Source: Callorhinchus milii
Lineage: Eukaryota
Assembly (NCBI RefSeq): GCF_018977255.1
Contig: NW_024704743.1
Location: forward strand, 29,514,001-29,578,000
Length of the DNA stretch: 64,000 bases
Reading direction: 5' to 3'
The position numbers were made by a program, and so were the translations under genes. A model generated the notes under the pieces. That model ran no database searches. It was not told the origin of the DNA and saw nothing but the letters and a program-made list of their open reading frames with translations. Below are positions 1 through 12,605 of the stretch, piece by piece; the stretch's first letter is position 1; each line of letters begins with the position of its first letter.

Positions 1-528
1 AGATCATGGGCTGATCTATATTTTTACTAGAATTTCAAATCCAATTTTCCACTTTCTCCCCGTATCCCTTAATACCCCGACCTACCAAAAATCTGTCAAT
101 CTCTTTCTTGAAGGTGTGGATGGATCCACTACCTTTTGGGGAAGAGATTTCCAGATTTCTACCACCCTTTGAGTGAAAAAATGCTTCCCAATTTCACTCT
201 TAAATGGTCTGGTTCTAATTTTAAGACTTGACATCCTCCCGACGTGAACGGCACTATACAAATGTAATCTTGTTTTTGTAGTATGGCCTCTTGTTTTGCA
301 TTCCCCCAACATAGGAAATAACTTTTCTGCATCTACCCTATCAAATCCCTTTATCATCCTAAAAACCTCCATAAAAATCACCTCTCAATCTTCTAAACTC
401 GGGGGAATACAATCCAAGTTTACGCAGCCTTTCCTCTTAACTTAACCCTTTTAGGTCTGGTAACATTCTGGTGAACCTGCGCTGCACCCCCTCCAGGGCC
501 AATATATCTTTCCTGTGGTGTGGTGCCC
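1..528 (-). mobile_element. CR1-clade LINE 3' fragment (ORF2 C-terminus), interrupted at ~230-280 by a short plus-strand L2 tail
   Basis: Minus-strand translation 'MIKGFDRVDAEKLFP..RGH..RPFKSEIGKHFFTQRVVEIWKSLPQKVV' is the typical CR1 ORF2 C-terminus. Confidence 0.9.
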
Positions 529-687
529 ATATACATGTAACGCAATGCAAATACAATAAAGAGTACTTCTGGAATAAATATACAATGGATCAACTGTGCA
601 AGATACTACAGGAATTTTCTTTGTTTCAAATTAACCATGATTCAAAATGAGAGGAATTTAAATTCAACATTGTCTTATGATCAAAAG

Positions 688-818
688 ACAAAATACTGTA
701 GATGCTGGAAATCTGAAATAAAAACAAAAGTCGCTGGGAACACTCAGCAGGTCCAGCAGCATCTATGGAGAGAGGAAAGTGAATTAATGTTTCAGGTTGA
801 TGACCTTTCATCAGAACT
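688..818 (+). mobile_element. Penelope-like retroelement terminal-repeat fragment (abundant chondrichthyan repeat)
   Basis: 'aaatactgtagatgctggaaatctgaaataaaaacaaaag..ctcagcaggtccagcagcatct..tttcaggttgatgacctttcatcagaact'. A related piece lies at ~22640-22710. Family recalled from memory, not searched. Confidence 0.55.
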
Positions 819-874
819 CAAATTGTATTATGATGCTTAGTTAATGGAAATGTCTCTTGTGAGGACTTTGAACT

Positions 875-1205
875 CAGTCTAAGCTGCCACTCCAGTGCAG
901 TACGGGGCATGCATTGCATTGCTTTGGATGGGATGATAAACAAGATCTAGTCTGCTTGTTTAGATGGAAATTAGAGATACTATGGCCGTACTCAGAAGGA
1001 GAAGGAAATGTCTTCTTGTTCAACAATCCCCCAGATAATTTTCGTCATTCATCTCATAGTTTTCGTGGGGTGATGCTATGCACAAATGGGCTGGCACATT
1101 CACCTACAAAGTGAAAGTCTTCATACTTTCCATTAAATTCTGTGAAATGCTTTGAGATGTCTTCCCGATGTGAAAAGCACCATAACAAATGCAAAGATTC
1201 TTTTT
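875..1205 (+). mobile_element. Deu-domain SINE (family A), 5'-truncated
   Basis: Diverged AmnSINE1/SacSINE1-like body (ggatgggatgataaac..ctgcttgtttagatgga..) followed by an L2-like tail (gtgaaaagcaccataacaaatgcaa). Confidence 0.7.
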
Positions 1206-2624
1206 ATAAATATTATAAGTGAAAAGACAAAAATACCCAAAGCACAGCATGGCTCTAATGCCTATATTGGGTACATTATATTTTGGTGAGATTAAATCAA
1301 AACCACAGCAATTTGAGGATTAAAGTACTAGCCCTGTACATACAATTCAGAGAACAATCTTTGAATAACGTAAAGACTTTTATGTGTTACAGTGCCAAGC
1401 CCAAACCACTATACTGCCTCAAGGTTGGAATGCTTTCACTTTTCTCTCAATAAATCAAAGTAAATGATATATGAAATTGAACTACTATTTGCTGAATTAT
1501 CTTGAAAACTGAATACAGACCTGCTAACTTAGCCCAGCTTTTCGATACAAGGTCACTTTACAAAGAATTATTGAAGCCATTTTTCACATTGTGGTGTCGA
1601 GTTTGAGAGACCGAGTTTGAGAGACTCATGCTTCTTGCATGACTCTATTCATTCGCTGATCTTTTCAGTCACTGTCAGAAAAACGCTGACTTGTAACAAA
1701 ACTTACACGTAGACTCTCAGCAATTTTCACTGATGGTCTACGAATCATTTTGTCTGATGATTCAGACAAAAATTGTAGATCATGGTCTCCAAATGTACAA
1801 ACAAAACAAATATTTTCAGAAGTTAGAGGAGCATGAAAAACATTTTCATTTTAGATTAATAAAATTGATTTAAGCAAAAAAATGCCTATGTAAAAAATGC
1901 CAATGCGAATAAGTGTAGCAATGTGGGCAGGAAGTACCAACGCCCAGACCAGTAGTCCAGCCTTGTTGATACAAATGCTCAAAATACACTGCACTGAGCA
2001 ATAAGGAATATTTTGGCCATATTTTTGCCTTCAATAATCAGTCACTACACAGGACAGCAATTAATGTGAAGTGCTTGGAGATTGGTTGACATTATGAGCA
2101 TGATAAAAAATGGAAGCACTCTCTTTCTGGTGACACGGGATCCATTCGTTTAATGTAGATTTATCCAAAACGCCTACTGGACTAATGGGTTCATATAATT
2201 TTCTGGAACACTTTCCCGTACCCGCCCATAATCTTGGCAACTGTACTGGTAAAATGGTTTGAGAATTTTAAAGTTTTCAATCTCACGGCAGAACATTCAT
2301 GATCGGTCACGACAGGTGCCAAAACTGTACACTTAACATATTGTAAACACAAGGAAGACTGAATTTTTTGAGTAAATTTACTCCATGTGTTAAAGTCAAA
2401 CCATATGCTCCATTTCCTGCCTAAGGCCAAGAATACCCTTACCTCCAGATCCCGAACCTCACCAGTGAGCAGATTACTTGCTGCTCTTACAAGCAAACAG
2501 GCCTGAAATAGTCGTAAAAGAAGATGAAGGGAGATGCAAACAGATAAGCTGTCAATTGAGCAAGAGCTGATGCATTAAGGCAAAGAAAATGCAGAACATA
2601 CTACAGAATAATCGGAAACTAAGT

Positions 2625-2985
2625 AATAATAATAATAATAATCCTTGCATTTGACATAGCTCCTTATCACGTCTTCGAGACGTCTCAAAGCGTTTCACAG
2701 AATATACTGTAAAGTGATTATATATTTTGTGGGCGAAACGCAGTAGCCAATTGTGCATAACAATGTCCCACAAACAGTCATGGATTGAGTGACCAAATTA
2801 TTTTTTTTTTGAAGGAACTATTACCCCCAGAAAAGCGATCCGCCAATCACTAACAACTGGGTTCCTTCTTAATGCAAAACAGAGGCGTGTGGCGTAAGGA
2901 AACTTGCCCAATGTTTTGCCCTGCCGGGAATCAAACCCCGGTCCTTTCGCTTGCGAGGTGAGTGCTCTGGCACGTACACCAGGAG
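2625..2985 (-). mobile_element. tRNA-Ala-headed SINE (family B, long form)
   Basis: On the minus strand: tRNA-like A/B boxes, then ttgggcaagtttccttac, 3' half of the Deu domain, L2-like tail and a (TTA)n end. Confidence 0.85.
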
Positions 2986-3862
2986 TGACAATCAATGAAA
3001 TATGGGAATGTAGGAAAAAATGGAATGAAAGAAAATTATCAGAATTAAAACAGAATAAAAATTAATACAAGTAAAGAATTCACTAAATGGAACCCAGCAC
3101 CTTGTTATCAGCACTAGCAAGTCTGAAGAGAAAACAAACATGGTATCAAGCGGCCCCTACAGCAGTTTTTAGGAACTGGTTACTTTTTGTTGTTTTCCTC
3201 ATTGAATAAGCATACCTGTAGATGGCAATAGAGACTTCAGTCTCACCTCAAACTCCTCCCTTCCACACAACAGCACCTGTGAATCCCAACTGCAGTGTGC
3301 ACAGGTGGTTCAGCATTGCAGGGTAAATGGTAGGCAAATTGCTCTTCTGTAGTTTGAGCTGGACAGTGTGTTTACTTCCCTTTCTTTTAAGAGGATATCA
3401 AACTACATTTTAAGTACTGAAATCATGAACTGTTTCAATGCCGATTACCCTCAGGATAACACTTCTGATCAATATTTCATCAATTCATCAAAATTATTAC
3501 ATGTTAAACAAATGCAAGATTACAAACTAATATTACTGAATTGGGACGGTCTTTATTTCACAAAATAATGTTTCACCCACAAAAATATCCAGTCAATTCA
3601 CTTTACACTATATTCTGTGAAGTGCTTTGAGACATCTCAAAGATATGATAAGGCGCTATATCAAATGCAAGGATTATTATTATTGGCAACGGTGTTTTGT
3701 TTTAAAGAAGATCTAGAAAAGATGTGCCCTTTCATTCAATAATAGTTATAATCCTTGCATTCGATAGAGCATTTTATCAGGCCTCAAAGTGCTTCACAGG
3801 ATTTACTGTAGAGTGTATTGAATATTTTGGAAGTTAATTTTTTTTGGGGGGTTGGGAGTGTT

Positions 3863-4160
3863 CAGCCGGGTATCTGACACATGCAGAAACTCATCACCAT
3901 GCTTAAGAGTTTCCAACCAAGCTGAGATTTCCACGCATTCCCACCTACACATGGAAATCCCAGAGATAGATTGTTGGAATGGAACGCACACTCTCTCACT
4001 GGAGGGAAGCATCCTGCTTCCCTAATTCCAGAAAGTATTAGGTGCAGGCTGGCAAGAGCCAAGACTTGGGCACCACCACAGCGGCTTGGCTCAATTCCAA
4101 CATTTCGTTGCCAGGCAAGTCACCATGGGGTCCGTCCAGCTCCACGGAGACCTTGCTTTC
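3863..4160 (+). mobile_element. Family C TIR element, internally deleted copy
   Basis: Begins cagccgggtatctgacac and shares 'gttggaatggaacgcacactctct..aggtgcaggctggcaagagccaag' with seven other copies in the window. Confidence 0.75.
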
Positions 4161-7100
4161 CACCCCCAACCCCCTGTAAATGTACATGACAACTAATTTG
4201 AACAAAGCAAGGTCCTATAAAATGGCCTACTGTCTTCAGAACTCTATACAGCCCAACAAGACCTTTTCTTAAAGAAATAACAGCACTTGTGAAGTAAATT
4301 ACTAATTTAACCAAAGCCCACTGGAAATATCAAGCTTCAGTCCAGAGATCTCACACTGTATTGCTCTGGGACTCTTTCTGGGTGTGGTAAACTGAGTTTG
4401 ATAAATAAAATTAATTCCTAAAATGCTGGGCAGCGCATTCTCAGGGAGGTGAGCCAACTCAACTTCTTAAGACACTTGGGGACTTCAGCTCAAGTCTAGG
4501 CTGTCACCCTAGTGCAGTGCTGCAAGTGCTGTCAAATGTGCTGTCCAATGGAAAACCAAAATGTCTGTCTGTTTTCAGATGGATGTTAAAGAGCCCATGA
4601 CACGATTCGGAAAGCGAAGTGAGTTTATCCCAATGTCCTGGGAGAAAAACAATCCTGCAAACGCAAAATAACTGCCTTGTTTTCCTACTAAAACTGACAG
4701 TGTTTACCCTGAACCGCTTCAAGCCATTTCAATATGAAGGTACAATAACAACAATTTCCATTGTATATTTATAGTGCATTTCATATTGGGAGCATCTCTC
4801 AAAGCTCTTCACCCAAGAGAGTGGGAACCTGAACTGGGGGTGTGAGGAGTGGGGGTAAGGTAGCTGAAAGCAGTCAAAGAAATAGATTTTAAGGGGACGG
4901 AGGAAGCGTATGGGCAAAGTAGTAGGACTACAGGATGGAGTTCCAGAGAGCGGGGGCAGAATAGCTGAAAACTCACTCAAGAGGATTAAACCATATTGCC
5001 GCATCAGAATAGAGAAAGCTGTACTCAGCATCCCATCTGCGTTACAGCTGACTTCAGAGCATTCAATACTGTGTTGCCTGCAATGGGAACATGCACTCTC
5101 CATTCCCCAGCATAGTCGGCCTTTACCTTGCTGAGAGTGAGACAAATTCATCACAAATGCACATCATCTATTTATGAAAAGACAGCAGCAGCGACAGCAT
5201 CTGGCTGCCTGCACAATATTATCAGATACACAAGGGGCAGATTATTCAGTGGTGGTCTTGTTATTTTATTAATTATTCCATAATTTTAAATGTTTGCTTT
5301 GGCCAAACTATTTGCATTCTACTGAACCATGTGCACAGGGAAACGCTTATTTTTCAAATTAAAAACATGCCTCCCTTGGCTCAAGAACATTTCTTTTTTT
5401 ATATATAATTATGCTGCCTTTCCCCCCCCAGTATTTTATTTTTCCATCCTGAAAGTGCAGGTGAAAAGCATTTAAATTCAGCATACCATCTGAATAAATA
5501 CTACAATTTGAGATGGATCACGTGCATTACAGGCCATTGAAACATATTCCATTTGAAATTAGTCCAATGGCTGCTGCAGGAAGAGAAGCAGACACCCCAG
5601 TGCTCACCAATCCAGCCACATGTGCACAGCGCAGATGGTATAACACACAACACTGCCTGCATTGGCAACAGATAGCAGAAACAAGTACGTTATGTAATGA
5701 ACCATCATAAAGATATAACTTTATGACAGCAATAAAAGCATAAATACAGAATTTGTTATTTATTTCCTTCTCTGTCTCTTTAATTGCCCTCATGCCTTGG
5801 ACCATGTCCAGCCACAAAGACAGGCGCCTGCTGAGTGCACTGTGACACTCTATAACAGGCTACCGAGAGGCGCACTCTAACAGCCAACATACATCTCTCC
5901 CTCAGATTTTTACTTCCCACTCGGTAGCACCACGGCTTCCCAAATTGATGATTAAAGTCACCCCGTCAGCATGTGGAGAATCACATGCTGTCACGCTTTT
6001 GAGAAATGTGTTGCCATTTGTAAAATTCCTTTATATTACATTTTTGGCAGTCTAATGAAAACAAAGTGTACTCGAACATGTTTTGACTAGTACAAATTCA
6101 AAAGCTTCTAGTGTGTTTTAGCTATTAAGAGGATGTAAATTTCATTTTTGCTCATCATAATCCTACTTGAGAGTAAATGTTTGGAATGCCATTGGAATAT
6201 GTCGTTAAAATTTTAATATCTAACTCATAAATTTGCTTTTAAAATGTAGTTAGTATTGATCAAAAGAACCTCCTTTGATCAACAGTAATTACGCTTTGAA
6301 GATGAATTTATGAGCTTTGAGCACTTAGGGACATCCTCCCAATGTGAAAGATGCTATATAAATGTAAATTGTATTGTAATTACACTTTGAAGATAAATTC
6401 TTGAGTAGATACTAAATAAACTCAAGCTGGAAAGCAGTTTGTCAGCTCAGTAACAGATTAAATGAATTCTGGGATTTTAGTCACATAGCACTGCTTAGCC
6501 ATGAGAAGTCTCATCATTCAGTCTTTGGAAGAATGAAACCGAGAATCCACAGGGCAAACAAACACACAGAGACGCTCTTATTGGTAACAGAAGAGAATTT
6601 TGTAACATTTTTAAGTCTTACAGATTTAATGAGCATAGTACAATTGTATTCTTTTTGCGAACTGTGGAAAACTGGCTTCCAAATTAGGACTGACTGAAGA
6701 ATGTTTCAATAGTTCCACATGATCTTAAACGTTAAGCCAATATGGCCTTAAAGGCTATGACTTGATGGAATTTCAAGTCTTCAGTGTTGAACGATTTGTA
6801 AATTGTGTTTAGTGATTGAAACAGTTGTAAATAAATTTATTTTAATTTTTTTATTGTCCAAACTGCTGATCTATACCGAGGTACCAGTCTTTGGAAAGAC
6901 TTGGCATGTAGAGAGTACAAAGACTTGTTTACCTAGGATCCAACTACTGTAGACTGAAGGTCATGATGACTCATGACTGTTCAGTGGAGTTGGATCAGGG
7001 AACAGCACAGGTGCACAACAACAGTTCAGATGGTAGGTGAGGTAAGACAGTCTGTTTGGAGGAATAATCGAGGAGACATAGCACTCCTTGGAAAAAAATG

Positions 7101-7387
7101 CAACACATGTCTTGTAATACATCATGATACAGCATATTGACTCTCTTACACACTGGGTACCGCTCCTTCTTGCTGGATCAGAAAAGAAATATTTCAACTC
7201 AATTTTAATATTTTTGTAAATCTTGTACTTGCATTCAGTTACAAGTTCCAAAAAGACCATCATAAACTAGCAACAACCTGCTGTGTCTTTCTCTGCATAA
7301 CTAACAAGATAAAAGTGAAGATGAAAGTCCCAAACAATATTTCCTGTGACCAGGTAATGCATGGTCACAGGTCTCGTCTGTGTCCAA

Positions 7388-7630
7388 CAACAATAAATTA
7401 CATTTATATAGTGCCTTTCACGTTGGGAGGAGTCAGGGATTTGAACACGAGCATGGAGTTGGAATAAGGGGTGGTGGAGGCTAGGGAGGGTAGGTGTAAG
7501 AAGGTGGCCGAATGCGCAGTCTTAAGACATGCTTTGAAGGAGGCAAGGGAAAGAGCAAGATGAAGGGACTATGGAACTGAGCTCCAAAGGGTGGGGGCAG
7601 ATGAACTGAAGGCCTGACTGCCGACGGTGT
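7388..7630 (-). mobile_element. L2-clade LINE 3' fragment
   Basis: (caa)n tail plus tttatatagtgcctttcacgttggga, shared with other L2 ends here. Flanked by a ~38-bp direct repeat. Confidence 0.75.
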
Positions 7631-8226
7631 CCAGGTAATGCATGATCCCTGGTCTCTGCCTGTACCAAGGTAATAAATGGTCACGAGTCCCTCACGCCTC
7701 CAGCAGGGAATCCTAGATAATGATGAAGAGCAGGATCCTGAGGCCAATTGTAATGTCCCCACTGGAGATGCATTCACTCAGCACAAACCAGGAACTGAAC
7801 CTGGAACCACATTGGTCTGTACAGATGAATTCCACAGCACGTTGAGCACTGATCCGGTAAACCATTGGAAAAGGGCCTTGGAATTCGTGGCTTGCAATTT
7901 TTAACCCTTCAAAGTAAATGTAACTATCACAAAGGAACATTTTACTGCTACAGTAACTCAAAAATTTGAACTTTCACTGAATATTAATCCTAAGGACAAA
8001 AGGAATAGAATCCATCATTGGAATGAGGTAAGACAATAGAAGTGTAAAGCATTTTTTAGGATGGACCCAAAAGTCCCAAATGTAGCCAATATATGACTAA
8101 AAGTTGCAAATGAACTATTACCGAGCAAATACATGGTTATTACCTAACATAGACCTGAGCTCAGTGGGGATTTTCTCACTGTGATGCCCAATGCTACAAT
8201 CTCGCAGTCAGACTGGATAGCTGGAC

Positions 8227-10571
8227 TAGTGGTGGGCAATTATTTTGGCTGGCGGGCCACTTCACAGGTTTTGGTAAGCTTCGCGGGCCACACACTTAAT
8301 ATAGATGCAAATACTTAATAATAGCTCAAGATCAAGACTTACACTTGCACATGCATAAAATAAAGTCTATATAATTGACATTCATTAACATTAGGTTTAA
8401 AAAAACAACTCATTGAGCAGACATTTATTCGATATTTATTCATCTATTCACATATTGATGAGACTCAATGGGAAGAATGAAAGCGCTGATGTGAGTTAAC
8501 CAGACAATTGAAGTCAGGCATCGTCTCCGTTGTTGCAATGCGGAGTACTGCTGCAAAATGATCATCAGTCATCACAGATCTATGTTTTGATTTATTGAAT
8601 TTCATCACAGAAAATGTCTCCTCGCATATGTATGTTGATCCAAACAGCACAAGCATCCTCTGGGCATGAGCCTTTATTTTTGGAAAGGTATATTCATTAA
8701 GAGAGGCATAAAAACTGGGAAGCGGCACTGATTTGAATTGCTCCGCAAGCAATGGATCACATTGCAGGTCAATAAGCTCGAGTTGGAGGTCAAATGGGGC
8801 TTTGTCAACATCAAATGAGAAAGGTGAAGAGACCAAAGACAGGTCATTTTTGATCAAATTGAAATCCTGGAATCGGTGAGAAAATTTGGCATGTAAGTCA
8901 AGTAGTGACGAAGTTTACTTTTTAAGGCTTTGATCGCAAACAGTAATCTGCCTGCTTTAAAAGAAGTAATTTTGTCATAAATGACTTGACATTGCAATAC
9001 AAATCGTGCACAAAGGCCCCTTTCCGTCGCAGTTTTGAATTGAGTTCATTCATGTGGCCCATGATATCAACGGCAAATGTGAAATCAGAGAGCCCATTCG
9101 CATCATTCAGCTGTGGGAAATTCGAATCTTTTTGTTTCATGTCCAAAAATAAATCAGTCTCTGTTCTCAGTTCCCACACTCTTTTCAAGACCTTTCCTAA
9201 ACTAAGCCGTCTTACATTCGTGTGATACAGGACATCCGTGTGCTCGGATTCCAATTGCTCAAGCAGAGTTACAAATTGCCTGTGGTTTAATCCTCTTGCT
9301 CAAATGTAGTTGACCACTTTCGTAACTGCGTCCACGACATTGCTTAGTTTTAGAACACTCTTACAGAGCACCTCTTGGTGGATAAATCACTGTAGAAAAA
9401 CAATATTCTGTTCTGGATTTGTTTCTTTGACTTGATCTTGAATTCTTTTCAGTAACCCAACGTTTTTGCCTGTCAGATTTGGGCTTCCATCGGTGGTCAC
9501 ATTCATCAATTTTTTCCATTCCACTCCTAATTTTAAGATACACCTATTTACTGCCTCCAAAAAGGCTTCTCCAGTTATCGTATCTTTCATTGATGTCAAT
9601 TCTTCTGTGAGCTCAAAATATTTGGTGATACCTTGAATAAAAATTATCAACTGGGCTGTATCTTTGACATCACAACTCTCATCGAGTGCCAGTGATAAAC
9701 ATGCAAAATTGCTTACTTTATTTTGTAACTGCAGATACAGGTTCTCAGAGATATCCTCGACACGTCTCACAATAGTTCGCCTTGACAAGCTAATGTTCTC
9801 GAATGGTTTATCTTCTCTGGGCGTAAAATCGAGGCAGAGTCAACCATACATTCCTTTATAAATTCTCCTTCAGAGAATGTTTTGCTGTTCTTGGCGATTT
9901 TGTGTGCAATCACGTAACTCACTTTTGTAATCTCATCCTGGGATGCAAATATGTTTTATGGAAATGCTTTGTTCTTTCTGCATTCGAACAACCATCTCAT
10001 CAGCTTTCTTTCCTTTTTCTTTGGCAGAAATGTTTTTATACTTGCAAGCATGTTTGCTCTTAAAATGGCAATTCAAGTTGTAGTCTTTGAGCACTGCCAC
10101 ACTTCCTTTGCAAATTAAACACACAGCTTTTCCACCCACACTGGTAAAAAAAAATTTTTAGAAGTCCATTCTTTGATGAATATTCGGCCTTCAGTGTCCA
10201 CTTTCCGCTTTTTTGATAAACTCATTTTGAATGAATGTCCTTTTCAGCGAAAAGTATTACCGCGGTTGCGTGTTTGAAAATTTGTTGATCCGTACATTTC
10301 TGACGTCAGCCTGATTCAACACTTAAGGAAGTGTGCGCACAACTAAGCAGTGCAATTGGCTGATGTTCCCGGTCAGATTCAAATGCGAAATTTGTGCGAC
10401 TTTTTATCGCAAACAATAATCTGCTGGAAAGTTGGAAAGTGGGCAAACAGCCTGTTTCCTATCTGACGAATTATAATTTTTTCTATCGCTAGACACAATG
10501 ACGGGCCGGATAGAATCATTTGGCGGGCCGGATATGGACCACCATATCATACCATATTTTGCCCACCCCTG
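8227..10571 (-). mobile_element. Full-length hAT DNA transposon (Charlie/SPIN/OC1-like), inactive
   Basis: TIRs tagtggtgggcaa (8227) and ttgcccacccctg (ending 10571). Degenerate 8-bp TSD agctggac / agcctgga. Subterminal (g)cgggcc motifs at both ends. Encloses a transposase pseudogene. Confidence 0.92.
8465..10225 (-). pseudogene. hAT transposase pseudogene (GTF2IRD2/SPIN-type), frameshifted
   Basis: ATG at 10225 gives MSLSKKRKVDTEGRIFIKEW. Recognisable motifs follow in order: KAVCLICK..LNCHFKSKH (zinc-finger-like), SLALDES.DVKDTAQL, TTDGSPNL, YHTNVR.LSLGKVL, LFGSTYICEETFS.MK, ending SH-stop at 8465. Split over five ORF-track pieces. Confidence 0.93.
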
Positions 10572-11910
10572 AGCCTGGAACCAAATAAATTGGGATATGC
10601 ACTTTTTTGATAAGAGGTAAAAAGAACTGTTAAGTTAATTTTTCATTTGTTATGAAATATTACAATGAAATACCATTGTTTTTGCTGAAGATCACAATCG
10701 TGATGATGAAAGAGAGTGTAAAATGTCATAGCAGGTGCCAGCCAGCACATTGAAACGCATCTCCAAACAAGTCACCCATTCAAAAACTGAATAGTTTTAC
10801 AGCACAACAGAAGTTAGCTCCACTCCAACAATTTAAATATTGCTCCGAATGAGCACATTGTGGGACACTGCACACTGCTGAGTATTAACTATTAAAGTAT
10901 AGCATCTAGAAAGGTGAACTCGAAATATATTTTAAAAAATGCTTCTTTCAAAAATATCCTGAAAAATGCATCCTTGTCAAAACACTCAAGAACAAACTCC
11001 CACACCAGACTTGGCATCCAATCTAAGTCAATAACAGGAACTTGCTCATAAATGCCCTGGTTTCCGTCTAGCAGTTTTAGTGGGCCTGCTTGACAAGGTG
11101 AAGCCGTAGAATAAAACTTGACAGCTGGCAAATGCAAGTACCAGAACTGAAGCAACACTAACTTTGTAACAAATGACTGTACAAAAAAAATTGCAAATTT
11201 ATAGTTTGCACCAATGTTTCGAGAAGCGAAGCGTGTCCGCGGCCTTTGTTTTCTCTAAATTCACAGGTCTGTGTGGGTTACATCGACACGAGAGAGGTTC
11301 ATTCCAAAATTGAGAGCTATAATCCATACAGTGTACAGAATACACATATAATCAATATAGCAAACTAAACCAGTGGTGGTCTTTTGGATCGGACAACCAA
11401 ATAAATGTTCTTGATTGATGGCCCTACCGCAAACACTGTCACTCACCAGCTACTAGAAATAAAATATTGATTTAAAACAGGCGAATGTTCGGCAGGCAAC
11501 TTACTGATTTAAACAGTGGCCATTTGGGCAGACAACCCGCGCTGGGATACCACACCCCAACAAGAGGAGAGTGGCATATGCCAATGGGGAGAAACTTAGA
11601 AAAAAAATTGGACACGCTAAATTATTTTTTAAAAATAAGACAAAATAGTATTTCTGGTGGAATTTCAAACCTAGTGCATAGATGTGTATTGACCAGCTGC
11701 CAAACATCTTTTAATGCTGTACTTAAGATATGAATGAGTGCTTTTCCCAAATCAATTTGCTAAACTCAAAAATATACTAATATACACTCCCTCCCTCTCC
11801 CATTACCACACTTCTTCTGGAATCAATTAAGTTTAGCCTCCCACCTGCTTCTCAGAAAATAAGATACATGGTTCTGTACCTTGCACATGGTTTTGCTACA
11901 GAAGAGACAT

Positions 11911-12605
11911 TTCTATTTGTGGATCTGTTGCACTTATTCTTAGTTTGTAGTATTTCCTTTTCTTGTCCTTTTTTCTTCTGTCACCATATGTTATCAACTT
12001 TCAGACTGGCACATTGTGTTACAGATGCAAGCAGTAGATGTGCAGTTATCTGCAAAGATTAACATAGAATGTACAACATGGAAACAGGCCACTCGGCCCA
12101 ACCAGTCTGTGCTGCGTATTGACGAGTTAGTACAAATAGCATAAATAAGCTGTTTCCAATGGTTGGGGAGTCTGTAACCAGGAACACAAATATAAGATCG
12201 CGACTTGGGGATCTAAAAGAGAATTTAGAAGGAACTTTAAGCAGAGGGTAGTGAGAATGTGGAACTCACTGCCCAAAGAGGTGGTTGAATCAGATAGCAA
12301 ACATGCATTCAAGAGAAAGCTAGACCTTCACATGAGGGGGGGGGATAGAAAGGTGTGGGAAGGAGTAAGGAGTGAGTGGAGACTCATGTGGAGTGCAAAT
12401 ACCAGCACAGACTGGTTGGGCCGAGTGGCCTGTTTCCATGTTGTACATTCTATGTAAATCTTGCAGATAACTGCACATCTACTGCTTGCATCTGTTACAC
12501 AATGTGCCAGTCTGAACATTGACAACATATGGTGACAGACGAAAAAAGGACAAGAAAAGAAAATATTACAAACTAAGAATAAGTGTAACAGATTCACAAA
12601 TAGAA
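11911..12605. repeat. Long inverted duplication (arms 11911-12114 and 12403-12605)
   Basis: The arms are reverse complements at roughly 95% identity by eye. The ORF track shows near-identical peptides on opposite strands (11868+ and 12597-). Confidence 0.95.
12147..12456 (+). mobile_element. CR1 LINE 3' fragment in the loop of the inverted duplication
   Basis: 'RVVRMWNSLPKEVVESDSKHAFKRKLD' plus a CR1 3'UTR (gttgggccgagtggcctgtttccatgttgtacattctatgtaa). Confidence 0.88.

Noticed and set aside
5430..5465. Minus-strand ttcag|GATGG as a possible GMDS exon 2 start
   Set aside because: It translates as DGKIKY, not DGSYL.
9362..9382. CTCF-like motif ccaccaagaggtgctc
   Set aside because: It coincides with the transposase IHQEVLC codons and is explained by coding sequence.
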